Assembly (NCBI GenBank): GCA_903916255.1
Contig: CAIWVW010000086.1
Location: 381-64,380 of the forward strand
Length of the DNA stretch: 64,000 bases
Direction: 5' to 3'
DNA from: an uncultured Bacteroidota bacterium
GTDB taxonomy: Bacteria; Bacteroidota; Bacteroidia; JABEUT01
Below, piece after piece: positions 30,233 through 40,911 of this stretch. Within the stretch, counting starts at the first letter, position 1. Each line of letters opens with the position of its first letter. The notes under the pieces were generated by a model, which ran no database searches, had not been told where the DNA came from, and was given only the letters and a program-made list of their open reading frames with translations. The translations under genes were made by a program, and so were the position numbers.

Positions 30233-30312
30233 AAACACTCTGCTCAAAGTCCGCCTCAGGCAGGTTTGGGGCTTATGATAAACCTATTTATTTAACTTAT
30301 TTATTTTAAAAT

Positions 30313-32802
30313 ATGAAAAATTATATTTTGATAGTTGTTTTATTTTTATTTTCATTGGGTATTTCCGCTCAAAAGCTGAATGGGAAAGTGGTAGACTCTA
30401 TTAACGGTGAAGCTATTCCCGGAGCTGTGGTTTATTTTCCGCAACTTAAACTGGTTGCTACAACCGATGAAAACGGACGTTTCAGTATGGCTTCTATGCC
30501 CTATGGTACCTATGAAATGGAGGTGCAGATTGTTGGTTATTCGACCTATACCCGCCAACTAACAATAAACGATAGTACCACTTGCAACTGCAAAATGTGC
30601 ACCATGCCCGGTTGCACGATGAACGAGGTGGTGATAACATCGCTTGGTAATGTAACTAACACACAACGGTCCCCAACTCCGGTAGATATTGTAACACATG
30701 ATATGCTGATGCAAAACTCATACAGCACAATTATTGATGCGATATCTACACAGCCTGGCGTGAATATGACCACCGAAGGGCCGGGCACCACAAAGCCACA
30801 AATAAACGGACTTGGGTTCGACCGTGTGCTTGTCCTTACAGATGGCTTGAGGCAGGAAGATTTTCAGTGGGGCGACGACCATGGTATCTTGATAGACCCG
30901 TACTCCATTTATGATGCCGAGATAATAAGAGGGCCCGCTTCCTTGCAATATGGCGCAAGCGCCGAAGCAGGGGTTATCAGTTTCAAAACCCAACCCTTTG
31001 CCGAAGATGGGACTACACAAGGCAGTGTACTTACTGAGTATCAAACAAACAATGGGTATATTGGCACGTCGGAAGATATAGGTGCAAACCATAGTGGTTT
31101 TGCCTGGGATTTGCGCGCCAGTAATGAAGAAGCCCATGATTACTGGAACCCTAAAGACGGTTATGTGTGGGGTACCGCCTGGAATCAGGATAACGCAAGG
31201 CTTACCCTTGGCCTTACTAAATCATGGGGCTACAGCCGCATATCCGTCAGCTTGTTGGAACGGCGCATAGAAGTGCCTGACGGCAACCGCGACAGCACGG
31301 GCCGTTTTATGTATGATGCGCCACAAAACGGGCAGTTATATCCCACCAACAGCAATTTCCTGGCATATAACCCTACCATTGCAGGTGACAAAATTTTGGC
31401 TGAAATACAAACATGGTGGCAAAACAGCATTAACATAGGAAAAGGAAAACTGGGGCTTGATATTGGATTTACCCAAAGTATCCACCATGATATTGATACC
31501 GGTACTGTTGGTTCAGGCAACTTTCAGGTAAAGGATATTCCGTATTCATTAAAATACCAGATAGTTGGTGCAAACTCGGGGTTAAAACTTACTACCGGCA
31601 TCAACGGAACGTATGAGTTTATGAATAACTATCCTGAACCGGACGCACCATACATAGGCGATTTTGAAATACCCAATTACACCGATTTACAGGCTGGAGG
31701 CTACGCCATTCTGGAAGAGGATTATAAGAACCTTACTGTAAGCGGAGGCCTGCGGTATGACTATAATAATTTTATGGGGCAGTCTATGTATCTCTTGAAT
31801 CCGGGAACTCCTGAACAGAAGGTTTATTCGGATTCCACTTCAGGTTCCGTAAATCAATTCAGAGGATTTAATACTACCTATTCAGGAATATCCGGAAGTA
31901 TTGGTGTTTCATACCAATTGCCTGATAATAATTATTTGAAATTGAATATTTCAAAAAGTTTTCGCGCCCCATCCATTGATGAACTTTATAGTAATGGTGT
32001 AAACATCGGAGTAAATGCCTTTCAGGAAGGTAACTTAAATCTTAAGGCCGAAGAAGGCTACCAGATTGACTTTGCCTATGGTAACAATGGCAAGGATGTA
32101 AGCTTTGAAGCAGACGGGTTTTACAACATAATAAACAATTTTATTTTTCCTGTCAGGGTGCAATCTAAACTCGGCAACGATTCAATGGTTGATGGAGTTC
32201 CCTTTTACCAATACATAGCTAATAAGGCCATTTTTGCAGGGTTTTCGGGCTATTTCAATATTCACCCTGCCGATACCCGTTGGCTTGAAATAGACAATAA
32301 CTTTACATACGTCTATTCCTTTTTCCCCAATCAAACCGATTCAACCCAACATGTTCCGTGGACACCTGCCCCACGCCTCACCACGGAAATAAAATTTAAG
32401 CTAGCAGACCGGAAAAAATCAATTCTGAAAAGTACTTATTTTGAATTCGGAATGGCAAAATATTGGGCGCAGAACGACATTTACAGTGCTTTATATAGTG
32501 AAATACCTTCACTTGCCTATACCTTATTTAATGCCGGTGTAGGTACAAATTTTGTAAACCCGCATACAGGTCGTGTAATATGTTCTCTGTATATTAATTG
32601 CACCAATCTGTTGAATATTGGCTATGCTGACCATTTAAACCTGGCCCAGTATTTCCTTATGAATAACGGAAGCCCTGTTACCGTTACCCAACAAAGCCAG
32701 GGAATCTATAATATGGGACGGAATGTAAGCTTCAAACTCCTTTTCCCTATCGGTGGGCATAAAGTATCTGAAACGGAAATGAAAGGGGCAAATGCTAACT
32801 AA
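30313..32802 (+). CDS. TonB-dependent outer-membrane receptor with N-terminal carboxypeptidase-regulatory-like domain
   Basis: Signal peptide. CarbopepD_reg-like beta-sandwich (KLNGKVVDSINGEAIPGAVVYFP...GTYEMEVQIVGYS). Plug region (VVITSLG...TPVDIV..., DRVLVLTDG). Long beta-barrel with alternating aromatic residues. Confidence 0.85.
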   Translation: MKNYILIVVLFLFSLGISAQKLNGKVVDSINGEAIPGAVVYFPQLKLVATTDENGRFSMASMPYGTYEMEVQIVGYSTYTRQLTINDSTTCNCKMCTMPGCTMNEVVITSLGNVTNTQRSPTPVDIVTHDMLMQNSYSTIIDAISTQPGVNMTTEGPGTTKPQINGLGFDRVLVLTDGLRQEDFQWGDDHGILIDPYSIYDAEIIRGPASLQYGASAEAGVISFKTQPFAEDGTTQGSVLTEYQTNNGYIGTSEDIGANHSGFAWDLRASNEEAHDYWNPKDGYVWGTAWNQDNARLTLGLTKSWGYSRISVSLLERRIEVPDGNRDSTGRFMYDAPQNGQLYPTNSNFLAYNPTIAGDKILAEIQTWWQNSINIGKGKLGLDIGFTQSIHHDIDTGTVGSGNFQVKDIPYSLKYQIVGANSGLKLTTGINGTYEFMNNYPEPDAPYIGDFEIPNYTDLQAGGYAILEEDYKNLTVSGGLRYDYNNFMGQSMYLLNPGTPEQKVYSDSTSGSVNQFRGFNTTYSGISGSIGVSYQLPDNNYLKLNISKSFRAPSIDELYSNGVNIGVNAFQEGNLNLKAEEGYQIDFAYGNNGKDVSFEADGFYNIINNFIFPVRVQSKLGNDSMVDGVPFYQYIANKAIFAGFSGYFNIHPADTRWLEIDNNFTYVYSFFPNQTDSTQHVPWTPAPRLTTEIKFKLADRKKSILKSTYFEFGMAKYWAQNDIYSALYSEIPSLAYTLFNAGVGTNFVNPHTGRVICSLYINCTNLLNIGYADHLNLAQYFLMNNGSPVTVTQQSQGIYNMGRNVSFKLLFPIGGHKVSETEMKGANAN

Positions 32803-33032
32803 AGGAAGATGATTTCAGGGCTTTGCAAAAAGCAATTTGTGTACAGTGCTTGTAATCAGGCTGATGTATATTACAATTTTGCAAATATAAAACAAATGTT
32901 TTGTGAGAGGCTGTTTTACGATAACTTTCATAAAAAATATTTTTTTCCCTGTAACCCCTACCAATAATGAGTTTTTTCTATATCTTCACGTCCAATTAAC
33001 AAACAAATTAATCCCTAAAAACCAAAATTAAC

Positions 33033-33308
33033 ATGAACAAAGCAGAATTAGTAGACGCAATTGCAGCAGAATCAAAATTGTCGAAAGCCGCAGCAGAAAA
33101 AGCGCTTGATGCATTTGTAAACCAAACCACCAAAGCATTAAAAGGCGGAAACCGTGTAGCATTAGTAGGCTTCGGTTCTTTCTCAGTTGCTAAAAGAGCA
33201 GCTCGTAACGGAAGAAACCCTCAAACCGGAAAAGCTATTAAAATCGCAGCCAAGAAAGTAGCTAAATTCAAAGCAGGAGCTGACCTTGCAAGTAAAGTGA
33301 ATAAGTAA
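33033..33308 (+). CDS. hup: DNA-binding protein HU
   Basis: [11 protein letters not shown]..., GFGSFSV and [11 protein letters not shown] match the HU/IHF fold signature along the full 90-aa length. Confidence 0.9.
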   Translation: MNKAELVDAIAAESKLSKAAAEKALDAFVNQTTKALKGGNRVALVGFGSFSVAKRAARNGRNPQTGKAIKIAAKKVAKFKAGADLASKVNK

Positions 33309-33329
33309 TCTTTACTACTACAATTTTAA

Positions 33330-33363
33330 AAAAATCCTTCCCCTTAAGGGAGGGATTTTTTTA
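33330..33363. terminator. Rho-independent terminator hairpin (bidirectional position between hup and convergent GT87-like gene)
   Basis: aatccttccccttaagggagggatt forms an imperfect 9-10-bp stem with a 4-nt loop, followed by tttttt. Confidence 0.6.
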
Positions 33364-33373
33364 TGCATCAGTT

Positions 33374-34636
33374 TTAATATTTGATACTATATTTCTGGAT
33401 GCGGGAGCAAATAGCCAGAATCGGTATAAGCAGAAGCGCACCATAGGTGAGTATTTTAAAATGGTCGTAATATTCACGGTATTGGCCGAAAATCAGACTG
33501 AGGTTGCAGCATAAATAGGAAAAGGAAAGAAAAAATATAAGTACATTCCTTTTCGCTTTTGGCAAGTGTGGGTTCATAGTCAGCAAGCAGTAAATAATAA
33601 AAACAACCGCCGGTAAAACAAAAAGGAAAGCATAATCCTGCTGGTGCGGGAATATTAAAGGTATAAGCAAAAGCAAATAACTTATTTCCACAAACCTATG
33701 TAAGGTTGAAACATTTGAATAAAATGGTTTGGTGCGCAAAAAATACAACGTAAAAGAAACAAGAACCAGCCGGGTGATATTGAGAATGAGCACGAGGTGT
33801 TCGTAACTAATATCCATAATATTCCGGCGGATGTGCAGGGCAAATTTATCGGGTACGTTTTCAACCAATAAGGTTGCCAGTAAGGTTGACAGGCTATGGA
33901 AGCTGCGCTCATCCACATCTAAATTATGGATGGTATTCGATGGATTTATCAGGTTCCACCAACTTGCAATAAGCATATTGTTATGCGCAAACCCTAAAAT
34001 AAACCCCGGTAGTAATAATAACGCCGCGTAAAAAATAATAATTAAAAATGAAGCCGTGAATTCTTTGCGGTAGAGCAGGTAGGGTAGGAGTACAACAGGC
34101 AATAGCTTAATATTTATTCCGAGTGCAATTAATAATGCACCAGCAAGTTTATTCCCCGAGAAGATAAACCGTAACCCTTCCAGTATTAAATATAAAATGC
34201 AAATGGTTATTTGCTGGTTGTGAAAGTTGGATAAAGTGAAACGCAATGCAAAAAGGAAAGGAAGAATGTAAAATAGTATTTTTTGTTTTTGTGTTAAAAC
34301 GGTTAAGTCAAAATAACGTGATATAAGGATAATAATCCGGTATAAAAGGAATGCATTAAGGGCAAGCCAAATAAGGTTTCCAAGATATACAGGTAGAAAA
34401 TTTAGGAGATAAATGAGAATGGCAAAAAGAGCAGAGTAGTAATAATGGAAGCCATCTACGTAATGAATTGCATAGGCATCTTTTCCGGCAAAAATATCCA
34501 TGCTGCCTGATTCATAAATAAATAAATCGCCACGGCGGCCGGCTGATACAAGCAGGTAAACCAAAACAAGTATTCCTCCGGCGAGGTAATAAAATAGTGT
34601 ATTGGATTTTTTTTGCAATTTATCTTGTTGGTTCAA
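33374..34636 (-). CDS. Polytopic membrane protein, GT87/DUF2029-like (GT-C mannosyltransferase-like)
   Basis: 420 aa with about 11 transmembrane helices. Early loop with an acidic/aromatic motif (GDLFIYESG...DAYAIHYVDGF) typical of DUF2029 glycosyltransferases. Family call is tentative. Confidence 0.5.
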   Translation of the reverse strand: MNQQDKLQKKSNTLFYYLAGGILVLVYLLVSAGRRGDLFIYESGSMDIFAGKDAYAIHYVDGFHYYYSALFAILIYLLNFLPVYLGNLIWLALNAFLLYRIIILISRYFDLTVLTQKQKILFYILPFLFALRFTLSNFHNQQITICILYLILEGLRFIFSGNKLAGALLIALGINIKLLPVVLLPYLLYRKEFTASFLIIIFYAALLLLPGFILGFAHNNMLIASWWNLINPSNTIHNLDVDERSFHSLSTLLATLLVENVPDKFALHIRRNIMDISYEHLVLILNITRLVLVSFTLYFLRTKPFYSNVSTLHRFVEISYLLLLIPLIFPHQQDYAFLFVLPAVVFIIYCLLTMNPHLPKAKRNVLIFFLSFSYLCCNLSLIFGQYREYYDHFKILTYGALLLIPILAICSRIQKYSIKY

Positions 34637-35516
34637 TATGTATCAATACATCGGAAACTTCCGGCAAGCCCGCCCTGATAGCATCTTTCACACGGTGCGA
34701 TATATCATGGCCTTCCAAAACTGATAAATTTGCATTTACTACTACATGCATATCCACCAGGTATTTCATCCCCATTTTACGCACATGGCATTTCTCAATT
34801 TCATTTACCCTGTCCACCTTTTCGGCAATGGATTTTATTTTTTCAATCAACTCGCGCGATGGCGCAGCATCCATAATTTCATCGAATGCCGGACGGAATA
34901 TGCGGATGGAATTATAGGCAATAATTACCGAAGCGAGTAAAGAAGCATAGGCATCTGCAGCAATGTATCTTGGCCCTGCATAGATGGAAATGGTAATTCC
35001 AATCAGCGCCATGAAGGAAGTGATGGCATCGCTTCGGCTGTGTGTTGCTTCAGCCAGCATGGCATTGCTTTTCACATTATCGCTTTTATGTTTCAGGTAG
35101 CGGTAGATTATTTCTTTAATAATGATGGATGCAACTAATACCCACAGGGTAAACATTTCCGGTTTTTGCGGAGGAGTCCAAAGCCTTTCAACGCCTCTGC
35201 TGGCAATCAATACAGATGCAATCATCAAAAAAGTAGCTACTCCGATGGATGCGAGTGGCTCTGCTTTGCCGTGTCCGTATGGATGGTCTTCGTCCGGGGC
35301 TTTTACAGATGTCCGAATTCCAATCCAAACAATAAAGGAGGTAAGCACATCCGCCATCGATTCCCCTGCATCCGCCATCAACGCATTGGAATGCCCGAAG
35401 AATGCGGCTATACCTTTTCCAATGGCAAAAATTAAATTCATGCTGAGCGAAAAAAGCATAGGGGCCGCCTTTTTCCTTTCACCGGGGTCTGTAAAGTTAT
35501 TCCGGCTTTCAGCCAT
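34620..35516 (-). CDS. Cation diffusion facilitator (CDF) family metal efflux transporter
   Basis: ALMADAGESMADVLTS and HPYGHGKAEPLAS motifs, 6 transmembrane helices and a C-terminal cytoplasmic domain (HHVVVNANLSVLEGHDISHRV). Confidence 0.85.
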   Translation of the reverse strand: MAESRNNFTDPGERKKAAPMLFSLSMNLIFAIGKGIAAFFGHSNALMADAGESMADVLTSFIVWIGIRTSVKAPDEDHPYGHGKAEPLASIGVATFLMIASVLIASRGVERLWTPPQKPEMFTLWVLVASIIIKEIIYRYLKHKSDNVKSNAMLAEATHSRSDAITSFMALIGITISIYAGPRYIAADAYASLLASVIIAYNSIRIFRPAFDEIMDAAPSRELIEKIKSIAEKVDRVNEIEKCHVRKMGMKYLVDMHVVVNANLSVLEGHDISHRVKDAIRAGLPEVSDVLIHIEPTR

Positions 35517-35519
35517 AGG

Positions 35520-36830
35520 CTAATCCTTTTTAGCGAATTGGGAAACTTCCGAATAAATCAATTCTGTATTATCGTCATACGAGATAATTTCCCCATAACG
35601 GCCCCAGTTGATAAGGGTATCAAGCAATCGGTTGGCTTGCTTTTCGGGGAACTCCAGTTCCAGAGCGCCTAAAATAATTTCGCGGTGCAGGCGTTTCTTG
35701 GCTGATTTCTGGATGAGCGAAACCATCCATTTGAAAATTGGCAAATCAATAATAGATTTAGCAAATATCTCTTTTCTTTTTAAAATATCCGCATCCATAA
35801 ATTCCTGTCCCGATACGGTTATGGTTATATCCCCTTTATCTACGGTAGCGAATCCGAGAATTTCCGCTGCCTCGGTTAATTGCAAAGTTTCATCAGCATC
35901 AATGCCTAATTCTTCCGCAATGCGGAAGATATCCGTAGTATTCGAGTTGTGGGTGTAAGAATATTCCAAAAATGTGGCAATTTCATTCACCACAACGTGC
36001 GGTAAAAGTCTTGTTGTTCCGGCCTCACCCGGTGCACCACCCGCCTCAATGGCGCGTGCTTTTGTTTTGCCGGCAAGTGCTTCATAAATCTCATCCATAT
36101 ATCGCTGGAACGCCGGAGACTGCGGGTCGCGCGGTTGTTTCAAATCTACCCTGATTTCTTTTACCATCCGTCCAGGGTCTTTTTCCATAACAATGATACG
36201 GTCTGCAAGGGTAACAGCTTCTTCAATATTATGTGTAACAAGCAGAATTGCTTTGCAAGGGATTTTTCCTTCTGTCCATAACTCCATTAAGTCACCGCGT
36301 AGTGATTCTGCACTTAATACATCCAATGCGGAGAAGGGTTCATCTAAACATAGCAGTTCCGGCTCTACAGCCATAGCGCGAGCAAAGCCCACTTTCTGAC
36401 GCATACCGCCTGAAAGCTCGCGAGGGTAGGCGCTTTCAAAACCATCCAATCCAACTCTATCCAATAAATCAAGTGCGCGTGGTGTACGCATATTTTTCGG
36501 AACACCTCTTGCTTCCAGCGCCAGCTCTACATTTTGAAGAACAGAAAGCCATGGAAATAGCGCAAAAGTCTGGAATACAATGGTTGCATTTTCATTTATT
36601 CCTTGCAGCGGAACATCTTTATAAATCACCTGCCCCGTAGTAGGTTGTTGCAACCCTGTTATAATGCGAAGCAGCGTACTCTTTCCGCAACCGGATGGGC
36701 CCAACAAGGCAACAAAATCGCCGGACTCAAGCGTCATATTGATGTGCTTTAGGGCAGTAAAGCGGTATTGCCGGGTGAGATAAACCTGTGAGATGTCCGC
36801 TAATTCCAATATTTTTTGTTTGCCGTCCAT
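35520..36830 (-). CDS. ABC transporter ATP-binding protein (NitT/TauT-type) with C-terminal AAA-associated domain
   Basis: Walker A GPSGCGKST, signature LSGGMRQKVGFARA, Walker B LLCLDEPFSALD. An extra C-terminal domain of about 170 aa. Confidence 0.85.
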   Translation of the reverse strand: MDGKQKILELADISQVYLTRQYRFTALKHINMTLESGDFVALLGPSGCGKSTLLRIITGLQQPTTGQVIYKDVPLQGINENATIVFQTFALFPWLSVLQNVELALEARGVPKNMRTPRALDLLDRVGLDGFESAYPRELSGGMRQKVGFARAMAVEPELLCLDEPFSALDVLSAESLRGDLMELWTEGKIPCKAILLVTHNIEEAVTLADRIIVMEKDPGRMVKEIRVDLKQPRDPQSPAFQRYMDEIYEALAGKTKARAIEAGGAPGEAGTTRLLPHVVVNEIATFLEYSYTHNSNTTDIFRIAEELGIDADETLQLTEAAEILGFATVDKGDITITVSGQEFMDADILKRKEIFAKSIIDLPIFKWMVSLIQKSAKKRLHREIILGALELEFPEKQANRLLDTLINWGRYGEIISYDDNTELIYSEVSQFAKKD

Positions 36831-36850
36831 AAGATGCTAAGATAAAAAAA

Positions 36851-38563
36851 TTATTCCATTTTATATTTTTCTTTCGCCATGGCATAGAGCCGTCTCCACC
36901 AAAAACGATTGATACAGGTAACGCATACAATCATTACGAATGTGGCTGTAAAAAGCATGGGGTAATTGCTCTTGGCTGTTGCATCGGCTATAATGGAGCC
37001 GAGCCCGATGGTTGAATAGGTTTTTTCATGCGAACTCACATATTCGGCAATCAAACTTGCGTTCCATGCTCCGCCGGATGCAGTAATAGAGCCCGTAATT
37101 ATAAATGGGAACAGGGCAGGGAGTATAAGTGTTTTCCAGTAATTCCATTTCTTTAAACGCATCAGCGAGGCAGTATAACGCAAATCCTGCGGAATGGTGG
37201 CTACGCCCGCAATAATATTAAATAACAAGTACCATTGTGTGCCGAGCATCATAAAAACTATGGCTGCTATATTTATACCAAAAGGCAGTTTGATAAATAA
37301 AAGTATTAAAATTGAGAAAAAGGCCGTTGCCGGAACGGAAGCTGCCACCTGCACCAGTGGCTGCAAAACTAATGCTGCCCGCTTGTTGCTGCCAATTAAA
37401 ACACCAACAGGAATGGTCCATAACAGTGATAGTGCAAGGGATGTAAATACCCTTAACAGAGTTGCCAGTGTGCCTTTGAAAATATCCCAATAGTCAGAGA
37501 CCTTTACAGTGGACATAAAAGCAAACATCCGTTGGGTGCCAAATAAAAGAACAAGCCCCAAAAATATACCAATTCCAATCAAAACTTTTTTATTGACCGG
37601 TTTATCTACGGTATAAACAATCAATTTATTTTTAGAAAGCCTTTTGTCGAAATACCTGTCCATAGAGGCAGTTATGGGTTTAAGTATGCGGCTTTCAAAC
37701 CAGAGAACGATTTTCGATTGGCGCAATACCGGATAAAACCATGAGACGGTTTCCGTTCCTGCTCCACCGCTCACCATTTCAAGGTTGAATTTTTTAGACC
37801 ATGAAAGTAATGGCCTCCAAATAAATTGGTCGAGCAAAACAATGATTATAATTAAAGTAACGATAGCTAATGCAAGCGCCCTGAAGTTTCCCTGGTTGCC
37901 TGCCTCCTGTATATAACTGCCCAAGCCAACCAGCTCGAAATTTTTATTATTGACAGTAAATATTTCTGCCGCATACAAAAAGAACCAACCACCCGCCCAG
38001 CTCATAATGCTGTTCCAAACCAGGCTTACGAAACCGAAAGGGAGTTCGAGCTTTTTAAAACGCATCCAGGAGTTAAGCAAAAATATATTCGATGCTTCGC
38101 GCAATTCTTTGGGTATGGTGGTTAGTGATTGGTACCAAGCAAAGGTCATGTTCCAAGCCTGGCTTGTGAAAATAAGCAATATTGCTGCTATTTCTAAAGC
38201 TATTTTCTGAGGCATGATTGCCGTTAGACCGAATACAAAAACAGGCAGAAAGCTGAGGATAGGAGTGCTTTGCAAAATATCCAAAATGGGTAGCATGATT
38301 TTTTCATTCATCTTGCTCCGGGCTGCCGCATAACCATAAAATATGGAGAAAAGAATGGAAAGCATATATGCCATAATCATGCGGAAAACGGACTTCCATG
38401 CATAGTATGGAATATAGCGTAACCCCAGTGAAATTGGCGTTGATTTGGCAGCAGCGGGTGCGTAATAGGCCAATTTAATCAGTGCAAAAAGCCCAACTAA
38501 AATCAGGAGCAGGACTACCCAGTCTGCCCATTTTGTATATGCCGATTTTTTGCTGCGTAGCAT
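36851..38563 (-). CDS. ABC transporter permease, fused tandem permease domains (NitT/TauT-type)
   Basis: 570 aa with two repeats of about 6 transmembrane helices, each carrying an EAA-like loop. Immediately upstream of the ATPase on the same strand. Confidence 0.8.
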   Translation of the reverse strand: MLRSKKSAYTKWADWVVLLLILVGLFALIKLAYYAPAAAKSTPISLGLRYIPYYAWKSVFRMIMAYMLSILFSIFYGYAAARSKMNEKIMLPILDILQSTPILSFLPVFVFGLTAIMPQKIALEIAAILLIFTSQAWNMTFAWYQSLTTIPKELREASNIFLLNSWMRFKKLELPFGFVSLVWNSIMSWAGGWFFLYAAEIFTVNNKNFELVGLGSYIQEAGNQGNFRALALAIVTLIIIIVLLDQFIWRPLLSWSKKFNLEMVSGGAGTETVSWFYPVLRQSKIVLWFESRILKPITASMDRYFDKRLSKNKLIVYTVDKPVNKKVLIGIGIFLGLVLLFGTQRMFAFMSTVKVSDYWDIFKGTLATLLRVFTSLALSLLWTIPVGVLIGSNKRAALVLQPLVQVAASVPATAFFSILILLFIKLPFGINIAAIVFMMLGTQWYLLFNIIAGVATIPQDLRYTASLMRLKKWNYWKTLILPALFPFIITGSITASGGAWNASLIAEYVSSHEKTYSTIGLGSIIADATAKSNYPMLFTATFVMIVCVTCINRFWWRRLYAMAKEKYKME

Positions 38564-38569
38564 CTTTTC

Positions 38570-39433
38570 TTAGCTGTATAATTCTTTTAGTGTATGTGTT
38601 TTTTCCAATGAAACTCTTCCGTCCGTTTTTTTTAATGTAGCGCACTCTGCACCCGGGTCATGTTCAAAAAATAAGACGGTATTTGTATCTGCAAATTCAT
38701 TCAGGAGCCTTTCTTTTTCTTTCAGCGTTTCCAAAGGGCGCACATCATAAGCCATTACATAGGGTAGGGGAATATGCCAGCGGGCGGGTAATAAATCAGC
38801 GCAAAAAACCACGGGGCGTTTTTTATACATAATTTTCGGAAGCATCATCGCTTCTGTATGTCCGTGCACATAGATGGCAGAAAAAGGCAATTGTGTTTCT
38901 CCATTTCCTTTTATCATTTGCAGTTGGCCGCTTTCTTGTATGGGCAAAATATTTTCTTTCAGGAAACTCGCTTTTTCACGGGCATTGGGTTTTATGGCCC
39001 ATTCCCAATGGAGTGGATTACTCCAATAAGTAGCGTTTTTAAAAGCAGGTTCGTATTTGGTCCTGTCAGTATTCCATTTAATGCTGCCCCCGCAATGGTC
39101 GAAATGTAGGTGGGTGAGGAACACATCGGTAATATCGTCGGTGGTAAATCCATTTGCAGCTAAAGACTTTTCAAGCGTATCATCGCCATGCAGATAATAA
39201 TAACCAAAAAATTTGGCATCTTGTTTAGTGCCCATGCCGTTATCTATAAGGATAAGGCGCTTGCCATCCTGCACCAATAGGCAACGCATGGCCCAACTGC
39301 ACATGTTGTTTTCATCGGCAGGATTGAGCTTGTTCCACATCGATTTTGGCACCACGCCAAACATAGCTCCGCCGTCCAGTTTAAAATTACCTGTATGTAT
39401 GGTATATAGTTCCATAATTTTTTTGTGTCCCAA
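38570..39433 (-). CDS. MBL-fold metallo-hydrolase
   Basis: THLHFDHCGG is the HxHxDH motif. Downstream His/Asp ligands (HGHTEAM, CADL). Confidence 0.8.
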   Translation of the reverse strand: MGHKKIMELYTIHTGNFKLDGGAMFGVVPKSMWNKLNPADENNMCSWAMRCLLVQDGKRLILIDNGMGTKQDAKFFGYYYLHGDDTLEKSLAANGFTTDDITDVFLTHLHFDHCGGSIKWNTDRTKYEPAFKNATYWSNPLHWEWAIKPNAREKASFLKENILPIQESGQLQMIKGNGETQLPFSAIYVHGHTEAMMLPKIMYKKRPVVFCADLLPARWHIPLPYVMAYDVRPLETLKEKERLLNEFADTNTVLFFEHDPGAECATLKKTDGRVSLEKTHTLKELYS

Positions 39434-39545
39434 AGGTAATGTTAATTGGGAATAAAAAAATGAGAATAGTAATGAATAATTGAATGTTAATTTCTAATTA
39501 TTTTTCCGTTAAGACTCCCCTTGTATTATCCCTAATTTTGTATTT

Positions 39546-40901
39546 ATGAAAGTACATCTGATAGCCGTTGGCGGAAGCGCCATGCACAACCTAGCCATTG
39601 CCTTGCATAAAAAAGGAATAACAGTTACCGGTTCCGACGATGAAATAGTAGACCCTGCCAAAAGTAATTTGCAACGCTATGGCTTATTGCCTTCGGCCGA
39701 GGGCTGGGATGTGAACCGCATTACAAAGGATTTGGATGCTGTTATTTTAGGTATGCATGCAAGGCTCGATAACCCTGAATTGATAAGGGCGCAGGAGTTA
39801 GGCATACGTATTTATTCTTACCCTGAATATCTATATGAGCAGACAAAAAATAAAACGCGTGTGGTGATTGCGGGTAGCCATGGGAAAACCACTATTACCG
39901 CTATGATTCTGCATGTGCTGAAGTACCACAATAAGAATTTCGACTATTTAGCCGGCGCTGCACTGGAAGGTTTTGAAACCAGTTTGAAACTTTCGGAAGA
40001 TGCGCCGGTGGCTATATTTGAGGGAGATGAATATCTTGCGTCCGCATTAGACAGGAGGCCAAAATTTCTTTTATATAAGCCCGACATTGCTTTAATATCA
40101 GGTGTTGCGTGGGATCATATAAATGTGTTCCCAACATATAGAAGCTATGTGGAGCAGTTTGAAAATTTTGTGAAAGAGATACCTGTTAATGGCTCATTAA
40201 TCTACTGTAATGAAGATGAGGAAGTGCGCAAGCTTACCTCACTGGCCAAAGGCGGTGTAAACTTACTTCCCTATAACACGCTTACCAATGTGGTGAAAGA
40301 TGGAGTAACTTATTTGCATGGAGATGCAGGAGATACAAGACTTGAAGTCTTCGGGAAACATAACCTGCTCAACATGGGTGGGGCTTGGGAAGTATGCCTG
40401 TTGTTGGGAATTACGCAGAAAGAATTCGCAGAAGCTATATCTTCTTTTAAAGGCGCAGCAAGGCGTTTGCAGTTGGTGGCGAGAAATGAAACCACCAATA
40501 TTTATTGGGATTTTGCGCACTCCCCATCTAAACTTACAGCTACAATACAAGCGGTAAAGGAGCAATTTCCTAAAAGGAAATTAGTCGCCTGCATGGAGTT
40601 GCACACCTTTAGCAGCCTTACGAAAGAGTTTTTGAAAGAGTACAAAGGCACAATGGATAACGCTGATGTGCGCAAAGTATATTTTAACCCGCATGTGCTG
40701 GAGCATAAGCGATTGGCGGCTCTCAGTGCTGATGAAGTGAAGAATTATTTTGGTTCAGTTGAAGTTTATACCGATTCAGCAAAAATGATTGACTCTCTAA
40801 AGCAACTTGATTGGAAAGATACCAACCTGCTTATGATGAGCTCCGGTAATTTCGACGGGGTGAATGTAAAAGGTTTTGCGGAGGGGCTGATTCACCATTA
40901 A
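39546..40901 (+). CDS. mpl: Mur ligase family protein (UDP-N-acetylmuramate:tripeptide ligase Mpl / MurC-like)
   Basis: N-terminus MKVHLIAVGGSAMHNLAIAL...GxxVTGSD is the MurC/Mpl N-terminal fold. P-loop GSHGKTTIT. Mur ligase middle and C-terminal domains. Confidence 0.75.
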   Translation: MKVHLIAVGGSAMHNLAIALHKKGITVTGSDDEIVDPAKSNLQRYGLLPSAEGWDVNRITKDLDAVILGMHARLDNPELIRAQELGIRIYSYPEYLYEQTKNKTRVVIAGSHGKTTITAMILHVLKYHNKNFDYLAGAALEGFETSLKLSEDAPVAIFEGDEYLASALDRRPKFLLYKPDIALISGVAWDHINVFPTYRSYVEQFENFVKEIPVNGSLIYCNEDEEVRKLTSLAKGGVNLLPYNTLTNVVKDGVTYLHGDAGDTRLEVFGKHNLLNMGGAWEVCLLLGITQKEFAEAISSFKGAARRLQLVARNETTNIYWDFAHSPSKLTATIQAVKEQFPKRKLVACMELHTFSSLTKEFLKEYKGTMDNADVRKVYFNPHVLEHKRLAALSADEVKNYFGSVEVYTDSAKMIDSLKQLDWKDTNLLMMSSGNFDGVNVKGFAEGLIHH

Positions 40902-40911
40902 GTACAGCCAA

